This document shows positions 61,865 through 64,000 of a DNA stretch of 64,000 nucleotides, in pieces (position 1 is the first letter of the stretch; every line of letters starts with the position of its first letter). Below the pieces are notes generated by a model that saw nothing but the letters and a program-made list of their open reading frames with translations, did no database searches and was not told where the DNA came from. The translations under genes were made by a program, and so were the position numbers. Source of the DNA: an uncultured Candidatus Saccharibacteria bacterium (GTDB lineage Bacteria > Patescibacteriota > Minisyncoccia > Phycocordibacterales > UBA918); NCBI GenBank assembly GCA_964593375.1, contig CAZQIF010000002.1, forward strand, positions 7,197 to 71,196. The letters are read 5' to 3'.

Positions 61865-63904
61865 TTACAGTGGTGGTTTATCGTGTAAATTAACCCTCAT
61901 CATCCGCTCAAGTTCTTTCGCGGTAATAACATTTCGTGACGGTTGTTGTGCTGGCTCTACCGGTCGTGTCGGCTGTGGAGCTCCCGGCTGTTCTACTACT
62001 TTCACCGGAGAAACAACAGGTGCAACATTGGGTGTTTCTGCAACCGCAACGGTTTCTTCCTTTTCTGTATGCAGTGCGTTTGCGAGCAGATTTTGAAGCT
62101 CACCACGCGACTCCTTAAACTTCTGCTCTTTTTCGAGATGACGTTTGTCAGGAACTCCCGTCTGCTCTTTCGTCGCTTCAGCACTCACAATATTTTTGAG
62201 CACTGAACGCAGTTCATTTAGATTCTCTTCTCTTGAATGGTGTGGTCGGGCTGGTTCTTGCCCTTTAGACTGAGGTGGTCGTGCACCTCCTTGCTGATGC
62301 GGAGGTCGCTCTTCTCGTTTAACAAAGTTTTGTTTTCGCTCTTCCCCTCCTCTCAGGTTTCGCTCTGGTTCTGTTGGCTTTGGTGCTGGTGGAGTAGCTG
62401 GCTGTGCAGTTTGTGAAGTAACATTTGCTTGTGGCGCTTGAGTCGACGTTTCTGCCCTAGCCGGTACTCGTTCACTTACCGGAGCTTGCGGAACTTTTCT
62501 TTCAAAAGTTTCTCTCGGTGTTACCCGGATATCTTTCGTCTCTCGTGTTTCTCCCTGCTCTTTTTTAGGTTCGGGGTTACTCGCCTCTGTGCGCAGTGGC
62601 TTGGGTGGGTTCACTGGCTCATGGAACTTATGAATCTGTATCTCAACATCGTGTCGCAAATGTGAAAACTGCTTCCGACTCGACGCGATGACCATATCTT
62701 TGCAGGAGACGACCGGAGGCTCAATCTTTGGAAGTGTTGTTGCAGAAAATGGTGGTGAGCCAATGCCATCAATCATGAGGGTAAGATACACTTGCGCAAA
62801 TCCGAGATTCACAATATCGGTCGCTAAAAATTGTGGCGAAAATATTGTTTCAAGGAGTTCCGCATCAAGCGGACCTACTCTGAAAGAAATAATGGTGCCC
62901 ACGTTTCCAAACACCGCGTCACGAACCTCCTCCTCCATCTGAGTAATGTACTGATGAGCAATCGTGAGATTGAGATGATACTTACGCGCCTCTGAGAGGA
63001 TGTTCGCAAAAGTCGCGTTTGCAAACGATTGAAATTCATCAACATAGAAATAGAAATTTGGCATATCGCGCATCTTCTCAGGACTTAAGTCTGCGCGACT
63101 CATTGCAGCAAGATAGATACGCGTAGTGAGCATTGAACCAAGGAGGTTCGCATTTGATTCTCCAATGAGCCCCTTAGAAAGGTTTACAATGAGAATCTTT
63201 TTTTGATCCATCATCTCGCGGATATCAAAACTCGATTTGGGCTGGCCAACAATATTGCGGATGATAGGGTTTGCCGTAAATTGTCCAATCTTATTTTTGA
63301 TGGCGTCCCCCGCCTCTTGCATGTACCGTTCGTTGTATTTTGCAAATTCATCAACCCAAAAAGATTTCACCCCAGGGTCTTTGAGATTGTCGACGACCTT
63401 CTTGCGATAGTCTTTGTCGGAGAGCATGCGGTTCACCCCGAGGAGTGTTGAATCTGGGTACTCGAGAAGTGCCATGAGCGTGTTCTGGAGAATATATTCC
63501 ATGCGGGCAGACCATGCATCAATCCATATTTTTTTGAATACCGACATGAGTCCTGAAACCACAAGGTGTCGCTTATCAGGCCCCACGTCTTCCATGATGT
63601 TAAATGAGACCGGAAACCCCGTATCAAATGGTGCAAAATAGAGCACATCATTCACCCGATGTTCGGGGACATAGTTAAGGAGTGTTTCTGCGGCAGAACC
63701 ATGTGGGTCAATGAAGGCTAAACCTTCCCCATTCTGAATATCCTGCACCGCCATGTTCTCAAGGAGTGTCGACTTACCCATGCCCGTCTTACCAATTACG
63801 TAGACATGGCGCTGGCGATCTTTCGCTTTGATACCAAAGGCAACATCGCGCCCGCGTGCATCGGTACGCGCAAAGAACGTAATCTTGTTAGGATCAAATG
63901 CCAT
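61865..63904 (-). CDS. VirD4/TraG/TraD-type type IV coupling protein-like P-loop ATPase lacking N-terminal TM helices, with Pro/Gln/Glu-rich low-complexity C-terminal tail
   Basis: RHVYVIGKTGMGKSTLL (Walker A), LAFIDPHGS (compare T4CP IDPKGE), FYFYVDEFQSFA (Walker B), LTIAHQYITQM (compare the QSxxQL motif). The roughly 230-aa C-terminus is PQAP/TPP/E-rich. Confidence 0.55.
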   Translation of the reverse strand: MAFDPNKITFFARTDARGRDVAFGIKAKDRQRHVYVIGKTGMGKSTLLENMAVQDIQNGEGLAFIDPHGSAAETLLNYVPEHRVNDVLYFAPFDTGFPVSFNIMEDVGPDKRHLVVSGLMSVFKKIWIDAWSARMEYILQNTLMALLEYPDSTLLGVNRMLSDKDYRKKVVDNLKDPGVKSFWVDEFAKYNERYMQEAGDAIKNKIGQFTANPIIRNIVGQPKSSFDIREMMDQKKILIVNLSKGLIGESNANLLGSMLTTRIYLAAMSRADLSPEKMRDMPNFYFYVDEFQSFANATFANILSEARKYHLNLTIAHQYITQMEEEVRDAVFGNVGTIISFRVGPLDAELLETIFSPQFLATDIVNLGFAQVYLTLMIDGIGSPPFSATTLPKIEPPVVSCKDMVIASSRKQFSHLRHDVEIQIHKFHEPVNPPKPLRTEASNPEPKKEQGETRETKDIRVTPRETFERKVPQAPVSERVPARAETSTQAPQANVTSQTAQPATPPAPKPTEPERNLRGGEERKQNFVKREERPPHQQGGARPPQSKGQEPARPHHSREENLNELRSVLKNIVSAEATKEQTGVPDKRHLEKEQKFKESRGELQNLLANALHTEKEETVAVAETPNVAPVVSPVKVVEQPGAPQPTRPVEPAQQPSRNVITAKELERMMRVNLHDKPPL

Positions 63905-64000
63905 ACCAAAAGTATAACAGACAAAGCACGATGAATGATTAACGATAGTGGGAATTTATTCAGCAGGAAGCAATGCCTCTCTCGTATAAATATTTGACGG

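Noticed and set aside
1-64000. CRISPR array
   Set aside because: No run of regularly spaced direct repeats was seen. The only repeated intergenic sequences are the two MITE-like copies and the paired palindromes, which are not spacer-separated arrays.

Overview
This 64 kb window reads like a compact, mostly minus-strand genome segment; gene content and style suggest a Patescibacteria/CPR-like or other small-genome monoderm bacterium. It holds three parts: housekeeping genes, a very large surface-glycan locus, and a small accessory region at the far end.

Housekeeping genes are gatB, obg, secA, murB and a sat-cysC fusion for PAPS synthesis. The glycan locus runs from about 20.6 to 59.8 kb (the sat-cysC fusion lies separately at 14.9-16.6 kb). 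It contains:
- a heptose module: gmhA plus a nucleotidyltransferase-cupin fusion;
- a Wzx-like flippase;
- a nonulosonic-acid (sialic/KDN-like) module: a NeuB-like synthase, a KdsC-like HAD phosphatase and a NeuA-like CMP-sugar synthetase;
- two TagF-like/HP-motif GT-B transferases;
- a B12-binding radical SAM enzyme;
- at least seven SAM methyltransferases, two of them paired with truncated UDP-sugar-dehydrogenase-like modules;
- a DegT aminotransferase, an AsnB-like amidotransferase, an ATP-grasp ligase, a kinase-like phosphotransferase and two CE4 deacetylases;
- a sulfotransferase;
- about eight GT4 glycosyltransferases and two SDR epimerase/dehydratases.

Other features:
- Two paralogous membrane-tethered HTH_17 proteins lie next to a signal-peptide beta-helix surface protein. 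That protein is a long minus-strand ORF running off the window start, so the ORF track does not show it.
- A dinJ-yafQ toxin-antitoxin pair sits behind a perfect 26-bp palindromic operator.
- A GIY-YIG mini-protein is embedded in the locus.
- Two copies of a MITE-like intergenic element share an identical 32-bp end.
- Several strong hairpins and intrinsic terminators are present.
- A small lysine-rich ORF is not in the ORF track.
- A membrane wHTH/Cas2-like gene is bracketed by two 38-bp perfect palindromes that differ only by compensatory changes.
- A lamin-tail-domain surface protein sits next to a TM-less VirD4/TraG-type coupling-ATPase-like protein.

No rRNA, tRNA or CRISPR arrays were recognised. 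All calls come from reading the sequence and ORF translations and recalling family motifs. No database search was run.
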